A stretch of DNA of 64,000 bases from Clostridia bacterium. GTDB lineage: Bacteria; Bacillota; Clostridia; UMGS1883. Positions within the stretch are counted from its first letter, which is position 1; every line of letters starts with the position of its first letter. The notes beneath the pieces are model-generated. The model was not told where the DNA came from. It did not search any database and saw nothing but the letters and a program-made list of their open reading frames with translations. Shown one piece after another: positions 49,270 to 59,014 of this stretch. The stretch spans positions 30,440 to 94,439 of the forward strand of contig JBJDXJ010000052.1 of NCBI GenBank assembly GCA_051866635.1, given 5' to 3'. Made by a program: the position numbers and the translations under genes.

Positions 49270-50253
49270 ATGACTATGAACATCCAAAATGAATACTGTG
49301 ACATTCCTGCATTTGCAAGGCGTTTTTTGGTGCATATGTCAACTATTCTCGGTAAATCTGAAAAAACTGTTCATGAATATTATTATGACCTTCGTACATT
49401 TTTTAGGTTTTTGAAATGTTATTTTAATAAAGCTTCCTTTGACGACTTTGATACATTAGATACATCGGATATAACTATTAATGACCTAAAAAAACTTATC
49501 ACAGATGATTTGTATGAATACCTTATGTTTATAAGAAATACTCGTGATAATAATCCAAGTGCTTTGGCACGAAAAATTTCTTGTATTAAGTCGTTTTATA
49601 ATTATATGACAGCAAAAACTCATCAGCTTGATGATAATATTGCAAAGGATTTAGAATCACCTAAAATTCCTAAACGATTGCCACGATATCTCACCTTAGA
49701 CCAGTCAAAACGCCTTTTAGAGGCTGTTGACGGTGAATTTGCAATACGTGATTATTGTATAATTACATTGTTCTTAAATTGCGGTATGCGTCTTTCTGAG
49801 TTGGTCGGTATAAATATGCATGATATACAAGAAAACAGTATATTTATACGTGGCAAGGGTAATAAAGAGCGAAAAGTTTATCTTAACGATGCTTGTGTTG
49901 CATCTATTAATGATTACCTTGCAGTCAGACCTCACGACGGAGTTATAGACCGTGACGCTTTGTTTTTAAGTAAGAGAAAAACACGTATTTCCAACAATAT
50001 GGTGTACAGAATGGTTAAAAAGAATATGGAGCGTGCCGGTCTTGACCCTGAAAAATATTCACCACATAAATTACGCCATACTGCCGCCACACTTATGTAT
50101 GTTCACGGTGATGTAGATGTGCGTGCATTACAGGAAATTTTAGGCCACGAACAACTGTCAACCACGCAGATTTATACACATGTGGATGAAAAACAGCTTC
50201 ATGATGCTGTAAACAGAAATCCTTTGGCAAATACAAAAAAAGAAAAAAAGTAA
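49270..50253 (+). CDS. XerC-family tyrosine recombinase with an intact catalytic set
   Basis: GMRLSEL, GKGNKER, PHKLRHT, LGH, TTQIYTH. Confidence 0.9.
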   Translation: MTMNIQNEYCDIPAFARRFLVHMSTILGKSEKTVHEYYYDLRTFFRFLKCYFNKASFDDFDTLDTSDITINDLKKLITDDLYEYLMFIRNTRDNNPSALARKISCIKSFYNYMTAKTHQLDDNIAKDLESPKIPKRLPRYLTLDQSKRLLEAVDGEFAIRDYCIITLFLNCGMRLSELVGINMHDIQENSIFIRGKGNKERKVYLNDACVASINDYLAVRPHDGVIDRDALFLSKRKTRISNNMVYRMVKKNMERAGLDPEKYSPHKLRHTAATLMYVHGDVDVRALQEILGHEQLSTTQIYTHVDEKQLHDAVNRNPLANTKKEKK

Positions 50254-50256
50254 TAG

Positions 50257-50298
50257 AAACTCCCGAAATCAGGCATTTTGCTTAATTTCGGGAGTTTT
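50257..50298. terminator. Bidirectional terminator between the recombinase and the B12 operon
   Basis: AAACTCCCGAAAT...ATTTCGGGAGTTT. Confidence 0.75.
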
Positions 50299-50301
50299 AA
50301 T

Positions 50302-50949
50302 CTATTCATTAAAAATATCGTATTTAATTTTAATTCTGGACAATTTTTTACCGATGGGTTTTTCAAGTAACAGCATAAATATAATATTTGAAACACAGTA
50401 TTCAATCATTACAGGTATGGCGAAAGCTACATATGAAAAGTATCTAACAATTGAAAATGAACTGTCCATGCTTAATGTTGTATATATATCCATAATCATT
50501 GAAAATACAATACCTGAAATGCCTGAAAAAATAAGTAATATAAGTTTGTTTTTAAGAATTCCCTTCTTCTGCAAAAAACCTGCCATAAATCCGATAAGCC
50601 CCCATGAAACCATCTGAAAAACAGTCCAGGGACCTTGTCCATATTGCATATTTGATACAATAGCCGTTAATGCCCCTGTAATAAAGCCTGCATCTGTGCC
50701 AAAATATATTCCTGTTATTATTATAAGTGCTGTCACAGGTTTAAAATGTGGTATGAAAGTGAAAATAAACCTTCCGACAAAGCACAATGCAATCATAACT
50801 GCAAGGATAACGATTTCACGCGTATTGCTTTTCTTCTTTTCATACCGTGCAAAAAAAGGTATACAGCTTATTATTGCCGCAATTATTGCAATCAGCATGT
50901 ATTTTTCACTGCCTAGCAAAGCGTTACTTAAAATTGCAAGCACCGACAA
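50302..50949 (-). CDS. ECF transporter substrate-binding S component (cobalamin, CbrT-like); start uncertain
   Basis: IPHFKPV, GQGPWTVFQM motifs, multiple TMs; last gene of the B12-riboswitch operon. Confidence 0.85.
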   Translation of the reverse strand: MSVLAILSNALLGSEKYMLIAIIAAIISCIPFFARYEKKKSNTREIVILAVMIALCFVGRFIFTFIPHFKPVTALIIITGIYFGTDAGFITGALTAIVSNMQYGQGPWTVFQMVSWGLIGFMAGFLQKKGILKNKLILLIFSGISGIVFSMIMDIYTTLSMDSSFSIVRYFSYVAFAIPVMIEYCVSNIIFMLLLEKPIGKKLSRIKIKYDIFNE

Positions 50950-50984
50950 AGAAATTATTGATATAATGCTGAAAGAGTAGTTTT

Positions 50985-52529
50985 TTATAATCGACCATTC
51001 CTTTCACATAAAGTGACCACATCACAGATTGTGACTGCATTTTTATACATATGGCGTGACACCACTGATGCATATGTTGTATAGAATTTATTTAAAGAGA
51101 AAACCTGTTGCGGTGTTCCTTGTGAGGCAATCTGTCCGTCAAATAAAATCAGGCATTTATTCGATATTTCCGCAGAAAAATCTGCATCATGACTTACAAT
51201 AATAACTGCAACTCCCCTATCTGCCAGATTTTTCAGTATTTTTTGGATACATTTCTTCCCTGCCGCATCAATTCCCTTTGTAGGTTCGTCAAGGCATAAA
51301 ATATCCGGCTCTAACATAAGTATTTTTGCCAGTGCCGCCCGCTGTACTTCCCCACCGCTTAAATCGTAAGGGTTTCTGTCAAGAAGATGCTCTATTGCTA
51401 GCTCTTTTGAAATACTTTGGAAATTTTTTGTAATTAATGATAAATCGTCCCTTAGTACATCCTTTGTAAAAACGGTTTTCACATTTTGCGGCAGAACCGC
51501 AACTTTTTTACCGTACTTTTCAATTTTTCCCATATAAGGATTATTAATTTCCGATATCAGACTTAAAAGAGTGGTTTTTCCGCTTCCGTTACCACCCAAA
51601 AGTGTTGTTATCTCCCCGAAATTACATTCTAAGTTCAGCTTTCTGAAAATATCGGGAGAGTTTTTTTCGTATCTGAAATAAACATCCTTAAATGTAATTG
51701 CAGTTTTTCCGTCACTTTTTTTGCTTTCAATATAATCAATTTTGTTTTTAAAATTGTCAGACAAGTATTTTCTGCACTCACCCACAGTCAGAGGACATTT
51801 ACCACCTGTATTAAGTTTGTTATATAATCTTACAGCGGTGGGAAGCTGTACATAATCACTTTGTATGCTTTTCCCCACTTCATATCCTGTACCTGTATGT
51901 GTTATTACACCTTTATCCAGCACACAGATTTTGTCAGCATAATTCCAAAGCTCTTCTGTTGTGTGCTCCGATATAATAATTGTCAAATTCATTTCTGAAT
52001 TGAGCCTTTTTATCATATCTATAAAATTCCTTGAAGCTATTGGGTCAAGCTGGCTTGTCGGTTCATCAAGGATAAGTATATCAGGGTCTGTTACCATGAC
52101 AGATGCAAGATTTAAAAGCTGTTTTTCTCCGCCCGATAATTCAAAAGTATTTTTACGGAATAAATGTGAAATGTTGAAGAACTCTGAAATTTCAGCAACC
52201 TTTTGGCGGATTTCATCTTTTTGTTTGTTCATGTTTTCAAGCCCAAAAGAAAGGTTGTGCCATACTGTGTCGGACACAATCTGGTTTTCAGGATTTTGAT
52301 TCACTATCCCTACTCTTATGTTTTCTTTGTATATAACATCCCCTGTCTTTTCGCCAATTGGGGCAATCTCATCTTTCAAAAGACGTAAAAGTGTTGTTTT
52401 ACCGGAGCCGGATGCTCCGCACAAAAGCACAAAATCACCTTCATTAACCGAAATTGACACATTGCTAAGTGCATTTAATTCACATAGAGGGTATTTAAAT
52501 GTTAAATTTTTGATATTAAGTATTTCCAT
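50985..52529 (-). CDS. ECF transporter ATPase with two fused ABC domains
   Basis: GASGSGKT/LSGGE/DEPT and GGNGSGKT/LSGGE/DEPT; ATG 52529 with AAGG RBS. Confidence 0.93.
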   Translation of the reverse strand: MEILNIKNLTFKYPLCELNALSNVSISVNEGDFVLLCGASGSGKTTLLRLLKDEIAPIGEKTGDVIYKENIRVGIVNQNPENQIVSDTVWHNLSFGLENMNKQKDEIRQKVAEISEFFNISHLFRKNTFELSGGEKQLLNLASVMVTDPDILILDEPTSQLDPIASRNFIDMIKRLNSEMNLTIIISEHTTEELWNYADKICVLDKGVITHTGTGYEVGKSIQSDYVQLPTAVRLYNKLNTGGKCPLTVGECRKYLSDNFKNKIDYIESKKSDGKTAITFKDVYFRYEKNSPDIFRKLNLECNFGEITTLLGGNGSGKTTLLSLISEINNPYMGKIEKYGKKVAVLPQNVKTVFTKDVLRDDLSLITKNFQSISKELAIEHLLDRNPYDLSGGEVQRAALAKILMLEPDILCLDEPTKGIDAAGKKCIQKILKNLADRGVAVIIVSHDADFSAEISNKCLILFDGQIASQGTPQQVFSLNKFYTTYASVVSRHMYKNAVTICDVVTLCERNGRL

Positions 52530-53371
52530 TTTAAACCTTCCTTTATATCCCACAATACGGGAGTGAAGCATAATAGTGCATATACGGTGTAAAAGATTAA
52601 TGATATTGCATCAATAGGTGTAAACACAATAGCGGGATAATAAATAAATTCAGCTTTACCTAATAACGTAAAACATATAATAAATGCGTCACAAATAATT
52701 ATAAATAATGAAACTATCACATCAGATTTAGAAAATGAAAACAAAGAATATGTACCCTTTCTTTTTCCGCTAAAACCCCTAGAACGCATTGTGTCCGCTG
52801 TTTCAATAGCATTTTCAATTGACATGGAAATAAAAGCAGAAAGTACATTCTGAATAAGGGTGAATTTCCCTTTTAAAGTATCGGTTTTAAATGTTCCCAT
52901 TGAAATCTGAGCTTGGTAAATATCCTTCGCATTTTCTTTAAAAAGAGGTACAAATCTTAACGCCATGCAAAATACCAGAGATAGTTTTGGCGATGTTCGG
53001 CCTATTATCCATGTAAGCTTGTCCTGTGTAAACACATGTGAAAACAGTTTAAACCAATACATTATTGCTATGATAAGCACCCCTGTAAAAACACCGTAAA
53101 TAAAGGACTGAAGGGTAATTCGCTGGTCAAAAAGATAAAACAGCACAGTTTCACCGTTATGTGAAAAAACAGGATTTGTAATACTTATTATAATCAAAAT
53201 TGTTAAATAAAAGAATATATCGTAATTTTTCCTGTTAATCAGAAGCACAGAACAAAATGCACCTGAAAGTGACAGTAATAACAAAACAGGGTTCATGGTA
53301 GACATTGTAAATACAATCACCGATACAAAGAACACCAATAATGTTACCGGGTGAAAATCGTAAAATCTCAT
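52502..53371 (-). CDS. ECF transporter transmembrane T component
   Basis: HPV, MALRFVP and TADTMRSRGF EcfT motifs. Confidence 0.92.
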   Translation of the reverse strand: MRFYDFHPVTLLVFFVSVIVFTMSTMNPVLLLLSLSGAFCSVLLINRKNYDIFFYLTILIIISITNPVFSHNGETVLFYLFDQRITLQSFIYGVFTGVLIIAIMYWFKLFSHVFTQDKLTWIIGRTSPKLSLVFCMALRFVPLFKENAKDIYQAQISMGTFKTDTLKGKFTLIQNVLSAFISMSIENAIETADTMRSRGFSGKRKGTYSLFSFSKSDVIVSLFIIICDAFIICFTLLGKAEFIYYPAIVFTPIDAISLIFYTVYALLCFTPVLWDIKEGLKWKYLISKI

Positions 53372-53889
53372 TCAAATTCCTCTCCAACATCTTTTCCCAA
53401 ATCACAGGTGTACACCCATTCAATATAATCATTTTCGTTCAAAATATAGGAATTACAGCCTTTTTGTGCGAAAGTACCGTTTACTTTGAACATCCAGCCC
53501 GAAAGCTCACCGCAGGAAAATTCATAAATATAATTAATGCCTTCAACATATGAATCATTTGGTGATTGAGTGTATTCGAGCTGAATTTTATTTTCTTTGG
53601 TCACTTTCTTAAGTGCATCAAGAACAGTATCTCCTTTATTGATATAAACAGTTGTTTTTGGCAGTATAACACCGTTTTGGGGAATATACTTACTATTTTG
53701 CAGTCCCTTATCAAGTAGTGAATAATTTGAAAGAACAGTTTGGCAGTTTATTGAAATTGTAACAGGAACATTGCCTGTCTTTCTATCTGACATGTAAAAG
53801 TCTTCTATAGTTTGTATATTTGACAATAGAAGGGCAAGTATTATTAAAACTACAAAAACTATAACTGTATTTTTTATAATTCGATTCAT
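53368..53889 (-). CDS. Membrane-anchored DUF4430 (transcobalamin C-terminal-like) protein
   Basis: YVEGIN..YEFSCGELSGWMFKVNG...GC..Y.L...D.IEWVYTCDLG. Confidence 0.85.
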   Translation of the reverse strand: MNRIIKNTVIVFVVLIILALLLSNIQTIEDFYMSDRKTGNVPVTISINCQTVLSNYSLLDKGLQNSKYIPQNGVILPKTTVYINKGDTVLDALKKVTKENKIQLEYTQSPNDSYVEGINYIYEFSCGELSGWMFKVNGTFAQKGCNSYILNENDYIEWVYTCDLGKDVGEEFE

Positions 53890-55127
53890 CTGTATCTCCT
53901 TACAATTATTACAACTGATACTATTATAAATGAAAATAATACTATTGCAATCAATACAACATTATTAAAATCACTATTTTCCTGATTGGAAGCCGCACTT
54001 TCTTTTTCGGTTTCCTTTTCTGTTGGTACTATAGCGTCACATACAACCGTATCAGCTTCTGTGGGACAATCAGTCGGAGCCTTAGGTGTAATTGTTTCGA
54101 CCTCTGTAGGTTCATAAAAATTAACAACTTCCTTTACTTTGGGTATTTCTTGTGTAACATCTGTTGCAATTTTTTCTTCTTCTTCTGATGTAAAATCAGG
54201 TTTTTCATGTAAAATAACATCATATTCAACGGTTTCTGTATTTTTTGCACTATTTGTCAGATAATTTAAATAAACTGCACTTTGTTTATTGTAAGCTGCA
54301 ACAGCACATGTTGCCTGATATGTAGCTATAATATCCTGTACACCGCCTATTGTATGTGAAAAACCATCCCCTGATTTAAAATTCATCAGTGCGTTTAATA
54401 TGGAACGGTCTGTTTCCTGACCTAAAGAAGAAAGAGCAATTATCACCTGAGCTGTGCTTTCAGCATTAGGAAGTCCATTTTCGGAAAAACTTCCGTCCTG
54501 ATTTTTGTTCGCCATAAGATAGTTTACAGCTTTGTCAATTGATGCTTTTACATCTGCTCGGTCTTTGTAAAAAGACAAAGCATAAACTGCCATAGAGGTC
54601 ATATCACAGCTTGACATGTTTCCGCTTAAAGCAAATCCTCCGTCGGCATTTTGTCTTGAAAGGATTGTTGATATAAGGGAGGATTTGGTGTTTATGGCAT
54701 CTACAGGTTCATAAAAATTTCCTGAAGATAATGTGATTAATGCCCATATATATCCGTTTAATCCTTGTCTGCCCAAGCCTTCACGATAATAAATACCGTC
54801 ATTAATAAGGTTTACGCCTGCAAAGTTAGTAGCATCGTAACCCAAAAGGTTTATGAGCAAGGCAATCCGATGATATTCAGTTGATTTATTGGCACTAAGT
54901 GTTCCGCTCTTTTGGTATTTATCAGAAACATATCGGCTCAATTCAGCCATGTAACCTTCTTTATCAAAGCTTTCCCCTGCAACGAGAAGTGAAATTGCAG
55001 ACCAATCAGATTCTGAACTTCCCGGACTTTGTAACAGAGCTTCATGTAACAGGGAGCTGTTTGCAAAAACAGGTAATGATGTTACTAAAATAAATATAAT
55101 TGATAGTGTTAGGGCTGTTTTTTTCAT
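53886..55127 (-). CDS. Secreted alpha/alpha-barrel (prenyltransferase/squalene-cyclase-like repeat) protein with acidic stalk and C-terminal TM anchor
   Basis: ILSRQNADGGF, DMTSMAVYAL, NKNQDGSF, ESTAQVIIAL repeats; signal peptide; T/E/P-rich linker; TM followed by RRYR. Confidence 0.8.
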   Translation of the reverse strand: MKKTALTLSIIFILVTSLPVFANSSLLHEALLQSPGSSESDWSAISLLVAGESFDKEGYMAELSRYVSDKYQKSGTLSANKSTEYHRIALLINLLGYDATNFAGVNLINDGIYYREGLGRQGLNGYIWALITLSSGNFYEPVDAINTKSSLISTILSRQNADGGFALSGNMSSCDMTSMAVYALSFYKDRADVKASIDKAVNYLMANKNQDGSFSENGLPNAESTAQVIIALSSLGQETDRSILNALMNFKSGDGFSHTIGGVQDIIATYQATCAVAAYNKQSAVYLNYLTNSAKNTETVEYDVILHEKPDFTSEEEEKIATDVTQEIPKVKEVVNFYEPTEVETITPKAPTDCPTEADTVVCDAIVPTEKETEKESAASNQENSDFNNVVLIAIVLFSFIIVSVVIIVRRYR

Positions 55128-55128
55128 T

Positions 55129-55698
55129 TTATTCCACCGTTTCAACATCTTTTCCGTAACACAGTGTAAAACAAAGTGTTATTGTATCACCGGGTTTAGG
55201 AATGTAGTCACACATACCTACAGAGGGAATTTCATCGTTTACTTTAAACATCCAACCTGATGCATCGGTTAAATCAAATTCACCTAAGACACCTTTTTCA
55301 TAAACATTTTCAGTGTATTCAATGTTATTTACGGACAAAATTTCCTTGGCACTGTCACTTATCAAGATTTTGTCAGTGTCAATACCTTCTACTGCATACA
55401 GATAAAAGCCCTCACCGGTACTTCCTGAATATATTGGTGTAAGATTGGAGCTTTCTAAAAACTTAACAATGATTTCAGCACAGTTTTCACCGTTAAATAC
55501 AATATCTGTGGGCTCAACAAGATTTCCAAGACCTATATTGGAAGCATCAACAAAGCAGCAGACATATTCCTCAATAGGTTCATCTTCATCAAAGTATTCT
55601 TCCATTAATATTTCTTCAGTAGGTTCAACAATATCTGTGGAAACAGCTGTACTTGAAAAAGCAAGAGCAAATGACAACAAAAAAGTCAGTAAACGCAT
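55129..55698 (-). CDS. Secreted DUF4430-domain protein
   Basis: Signal peptide; LGEFD...SGWMFKVND..P.VGMCDY....GD. Confidence 0.82.
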   Translation of the reverse strand: MRLLTFLLSFALAFSSTAVSTDIVEPTEEILMEEYFDEDEPIEEYVCCFVDASNIGLGNLVEPTDIVFNGENCAEIIVKFLESSNLTPIYSGSTGEGFYLYAVEGIDTDKILISDSAKEILSVNNIEYTENVYEKGVLGEFDLTDASGWMFKVNDEIPSVGMCDYIPKPGDTITLCFTLCYGKDVETVE

Positions 55699-55700
55699 GA

Positions 55701-57860
55701 TTATTTAACCTCCTTAATTGGGCTTAAATTTTTATTCCAAATAAATACTTTTACATTTCCGCTAAGGTCGGATATGTCTATTTCTTTAACATAATAATTA
55801 TCGGGCAAAATAACGTTTTCTGTTTTTACATCAGTTAGTACATTATCTTCATATGCGGCAATAATCACAACTGCATCCGTCTGTGTTTCGAGATTTGAAG
55901 ATAAAGTAACTGTGGTATCAGTTATATCTGTACTAACGCCTTTTACATCTATTACTAACCATGGAGCAATTAAGGGATAATCCTCCGCATTTTCTTTTGC
56001 GGATAACACATACGTTCCGCATTTATCAAAGGATATGCTGAAATTACCGTTCTCGTCCGTAGCTGTTACTTTTTCCATCAAGCCGGTAATAGGGTCAACA
56101 ACAGTAATATCAGCACCTTTAATTGCACCTGTCATACTTTCAATAGTTGAATCCTCCATACAGCTGTACCATGCAAAGGTATATCCCTTAAGAGTGAGGT
56201 TTATGTTTTCGTTAGTGTTTACACTTAAACGGTCTGTAGTTTTACCGCTATTTTCAAAATGTACATAATTATCCATAGCATAGTCATCACGGTACAGGAA
56301 AAATTCAACTTTGTCTCCGCTATCGACTGATGCCTGATTAAGAGAGTAGCCTGTATAGCCATAGCTTGTCAAAATATCGTCATGGGGTGCTTTACCATTT
56401 ACCGCAAAGCCGAAATTATATGTGTCGATACCCATAACACGGGTCAACCAACCTTCAGCAGAAACAGCAAGATAACTATCTGCAGTTTCAGCAGTAAAAT
56501 CTTCACCGAACATATCTTCATGAATTTTTACAAGCACATCTAAAGTAGATACTGAACCATCTACCGCATCGGTGTAGCTGTAGCTTTCAGCAAGGTCTAT
56601 ATTTACCTTTAACTGTGTTTGAGGAAGGATAAAGCCGTCCTCTGTCAATGATGCGTAAACCTCTGCATTTTTCTTCTCCAGTGCGAAAAGATAACATGAA
56701 TCGTTCTTGTAATATAAAGTACCTTCACTGTCAGTTAAAATGTCAGATATACAGTATTGTGAATAACCTTCTGCATCATAAAGTTCTTCAACTATACAAT
56801 CCTCTACACTTTCTGCCTGTGGCTTAATTTTTATAAGAGTTATACCACCGGGCGTTGTATTATAAGTTGTGTAAAGATGAAGATAACCTGTGCTTTCTTC
56901 GTATGCTGTAGATATTAAGGGTGTACACTGCGGATAACCTTTAACCGGAACAGAAAAAATCTTTGTGAGCGAATTGGTATCAAAAACACTTATTGCTTTA
57001 TTGCTATCGCCTATATAAATTCTGTCTTTATAAATAACAGGTGTAGAAGTTGAAGCACCACCTATTTCTCCGTATTGAACATCAGAGAGAACTCCGTCTT
57101 TCAAGGCTGCAGAAATAATATATCCGCCCTTTGAAGTAAGGTATATTCTGTCATTACAAAAAGTTACAGAGGATCTAATATCTCCCTTATTCTCTATATC
57201 CAGCTTACTTATGATTTCACCTGTTTCCTTTTTGCAAGAATAAATATGTGCAATATTATCACTTCCGTCATCTGTTGCAAAAATAACGGCATCGTCAGTG
57301 CAGTATGCTCCCACCCAGTAAAAACCGCCATCAACAGTAATGCTCCACTTTAAACTGCCTGTTTCGCTGTCAAGTGCAACAAAAGAGGCATCCTTTACTT
57401 CACTGTTCCAAAAGCCTGTAAATATGGTTTTGTCGGAATATGTAACCTTGCCCAGACCTTGCCCGCCTAAAGCGTCTTCATAAATCCATTTAGAGTCTAA
57501 AGTATTTGCATCAAATGCCTGGACTTTTCCTTTGGACAAATTGACAAAGACAGTGTTTTCGGCGTAAATTGGTGCAACTGAGACGAAGCCTACTGCTTCT
57601 GTCATTGTAGCCTTTTTAGTAATTTCGCCCTTTTCACGACTTATAACACATAATTCGTTACCTGCTGTGATATAGATGTTTTCTCCCTCTAATAATGGAA
57701 AACCTGTAGGTTTCATCCAATCTGAACTGATAAGTGTTGCCCACTTAAGGCTTCCGGTTGTTGGTGTCATTTTCTCGGTTACTTGGGCATTTACACTGAC
57801 AGATGAAAAGACAAGTATAAATGCAATTAAAATTGACAAAAATTTAGAGCATGTTTTCAT
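55701..57860 (-). CDS. Secreted PQQ-like beta-propeller protein with a DUF4430-like domain and C-terminal module
   Basis: Repeats such as ALDSETGSLKW, AFDANTLDSKW, STPVIYKDRIY; later FAVNG...GDKVEFF; first gene under the B12 riboswitch. Confidence 0.75.
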   Translation of the reverse strand: MKTCSKFLSILIAFILVFSSVSVNAQVTEKMTPTTGSLKWATLISSDWMKPTGFPLLEGENIYITAGNELCVISREKGEITKKATMTEAVGFVSVAPIYAENTVFVNLSKGKVQAFDANTLDSKWIYEDALGGQGLGKVTYSDKTIFTGFWNSEVKDASFVALDSETGSLKWSITVDGGFYWVGAYCTDDAVIFATDDGSDNIAHIYSCKKETGEIISKLDIENKGDIRSSVTFCNDRIYLTSKGGYIISAALKDGVLSDVQYGEIGGASTSTPVIYKDRIYIGDSNKAISVFDTNSLTKIFSVPVKGYPQCTPLISTAYEESTGYLHLYTTYNTTPGGITLIKIKPQAESVEDCIVEELYDAEGYSQYCISDILTDSEGTLYYKNDSCYLFALEKKNAEVYASLTEDGFILPQTQLKVNIDLAESYSYTDAVDGSVSTLDVLVKIHEDMFGEDFTAETADSYLAVSAEGWLTRVMGIDTYNFGFAVNGKAPHDDILTSYGYTGYSLNQASVDSGDKVEFFLYRDDYAMDNYVHFENSGKTTDRLSVNTNENINLTLKGYTFAWYSCMEDSTIESMTGAIKGADITVVDPITGLMEKVTATDENGNFSISFDKCGTYVLSAKENAEDYPLIAPWLVIDVKGVSTDITDTTVTLSSNLETQTDAVVIIAAYEDNVLTDVKTENVILPDNYYVKEIDISDLSGNVKVFIWNKNLSPIKEVK

Positions 57861-57976
57861 AGCTCTACCTCCTTAAATTTTTTTCCGGCAGAACAAAAAA
57901 GCATACTCAAATAAAGGCATACCAATGCCTTAAAATTCGTACGCTCCAGTATCCTGTGGAGTATTGTGTACAAAGA

Positions 57977-58140
57977 AGCGGCAGGTCTTCCGACTGAATA
58001 TCAACGCCATACTCTTCCCTTCCCGGTTTCCCAGTGGTATATAAGAGTGACTCCATATCACGGCAGCAAGGTCTGTTCAGGATTTTCACCCGATTCCCTA
58101 TTATGCGTATCTGCACAAAGCAATACGCCACCTGCTTCCT
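57977..58140 (-). promoter_or_regulatory. Cobalamin (B12) riboswitch
   Basis: Minus strand: AGGTG...AATAGGGAATCGGGTGAAAATCC...GCTGCCGTGA...CCACTGGGAAACCGGGAAGG...AGTCGGAAGACCTGCC (B12 box). Confidence 0.95.
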
Positions 58141-58181
58141 TATATATTAAATTAAATATAAACTAATGTAACGTTAAAAAC

Positions 58182-59003
58182 CTAGTCCTTTCGGTGCATA
58201 AGGTAATAATTCAACTCACCGCCGATAAACACAAATATTATACAAAAATATATCCATAACATAAGGATTATCAGAGCGGTAAGACTTCCATACAGATAAG
58301 ATTTATTTGAAAAATTATCGATATATATTGAAAAGATATATGAAAACAAGCTCCAGGCCACAGACGTAAATACAGCACCGGGTATTTGCTTTAAGAAATT
58401 TAGTTTTCTTCCCGTGACAAAGGTGTAAATGCATGTAAACACAAAGGTAAGAATAATAAGTGAAATTACCAGCTTTGCAGACAAAACTTTGTTTACAACC
58501 ATGATGCCTAACGGGAAAAATCCGCTTACTATTTCACCTACTACATTTCCAAATACCATTAAACCCAATGACACAAAAATTGCCAACAAAAACATGGTGG
58601 TATAAAATAAGCCGAAGAAATTGGAACTTATAAAACTTCTCTTTTCTTTTACCTTGTATACACAATCCAATCCTTTGCCCAATGCCACAACACTTCTGGA
58701 CGCTGTCCATAAAAGCATTACCGCATGTATTGAAATAACCGATACAGAATCATTTGTTAAAATTTCATCCACAATGTACCGCACAAAACTTTCAACACTT
58801 TTTGGGACCACGCCTTCGATAACACTTACTATTTCATCAACAGTAAATGTAACAAATCTGCCTGTGAGCATAAGTGCCAGAATGAGAAAAGGTACAACAG
58901 ATATAACAATATAAAATGAAGTGTAAGCACTGTACACAGTTATATTATCATCGCTTACAGTATTAAATATTGCCATTACAGTATAGAACGCTTTTTTCAA
59001 CAT
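58182..59003 (-). CDS. YihY/virulence factor BrkB-family membrane protein
   Basis: SFYIVISVVPF, LWTAS, PGAVF, LYGSL...MLWIY...GGELN. Confidence 0.9.
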   Translation of the reverse strand: MLKKAFYTVMAIFNTVSDDNITVYSAYTSFYIVISVVPFLILALMLTGRFVTFTVDEIVSVIEGVVPKSVESFVRYIVDEILTNDSVSVISIHAVMLLWTASRSVVALGKGLDCVYKVKEKRSFISSNFFGLFYTTMFLLAIFVSLGLMVFGNVVGEIVSGFFPLGIMVVNKVLSAKLVISLIILTFVFTCIYTFVTGRKLNFLKQIPGAVFTSVAWSLFSYIFSIYIDNFSNKSYLYGSLTALIILMLWIYFCIIFVFIGGELNYYLMHRKD

Positions 59004-59014
59004 ATCATCATTCC

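Noticed and set aside
49270-58140. Tyrosine recombinase as integrase of an island carrying the B12 operon
   Set aside because: The protein looks like a chromosomal XerC-type enzyme following ynbB; no att repeats, tRNA target or other mobility genes were seen.
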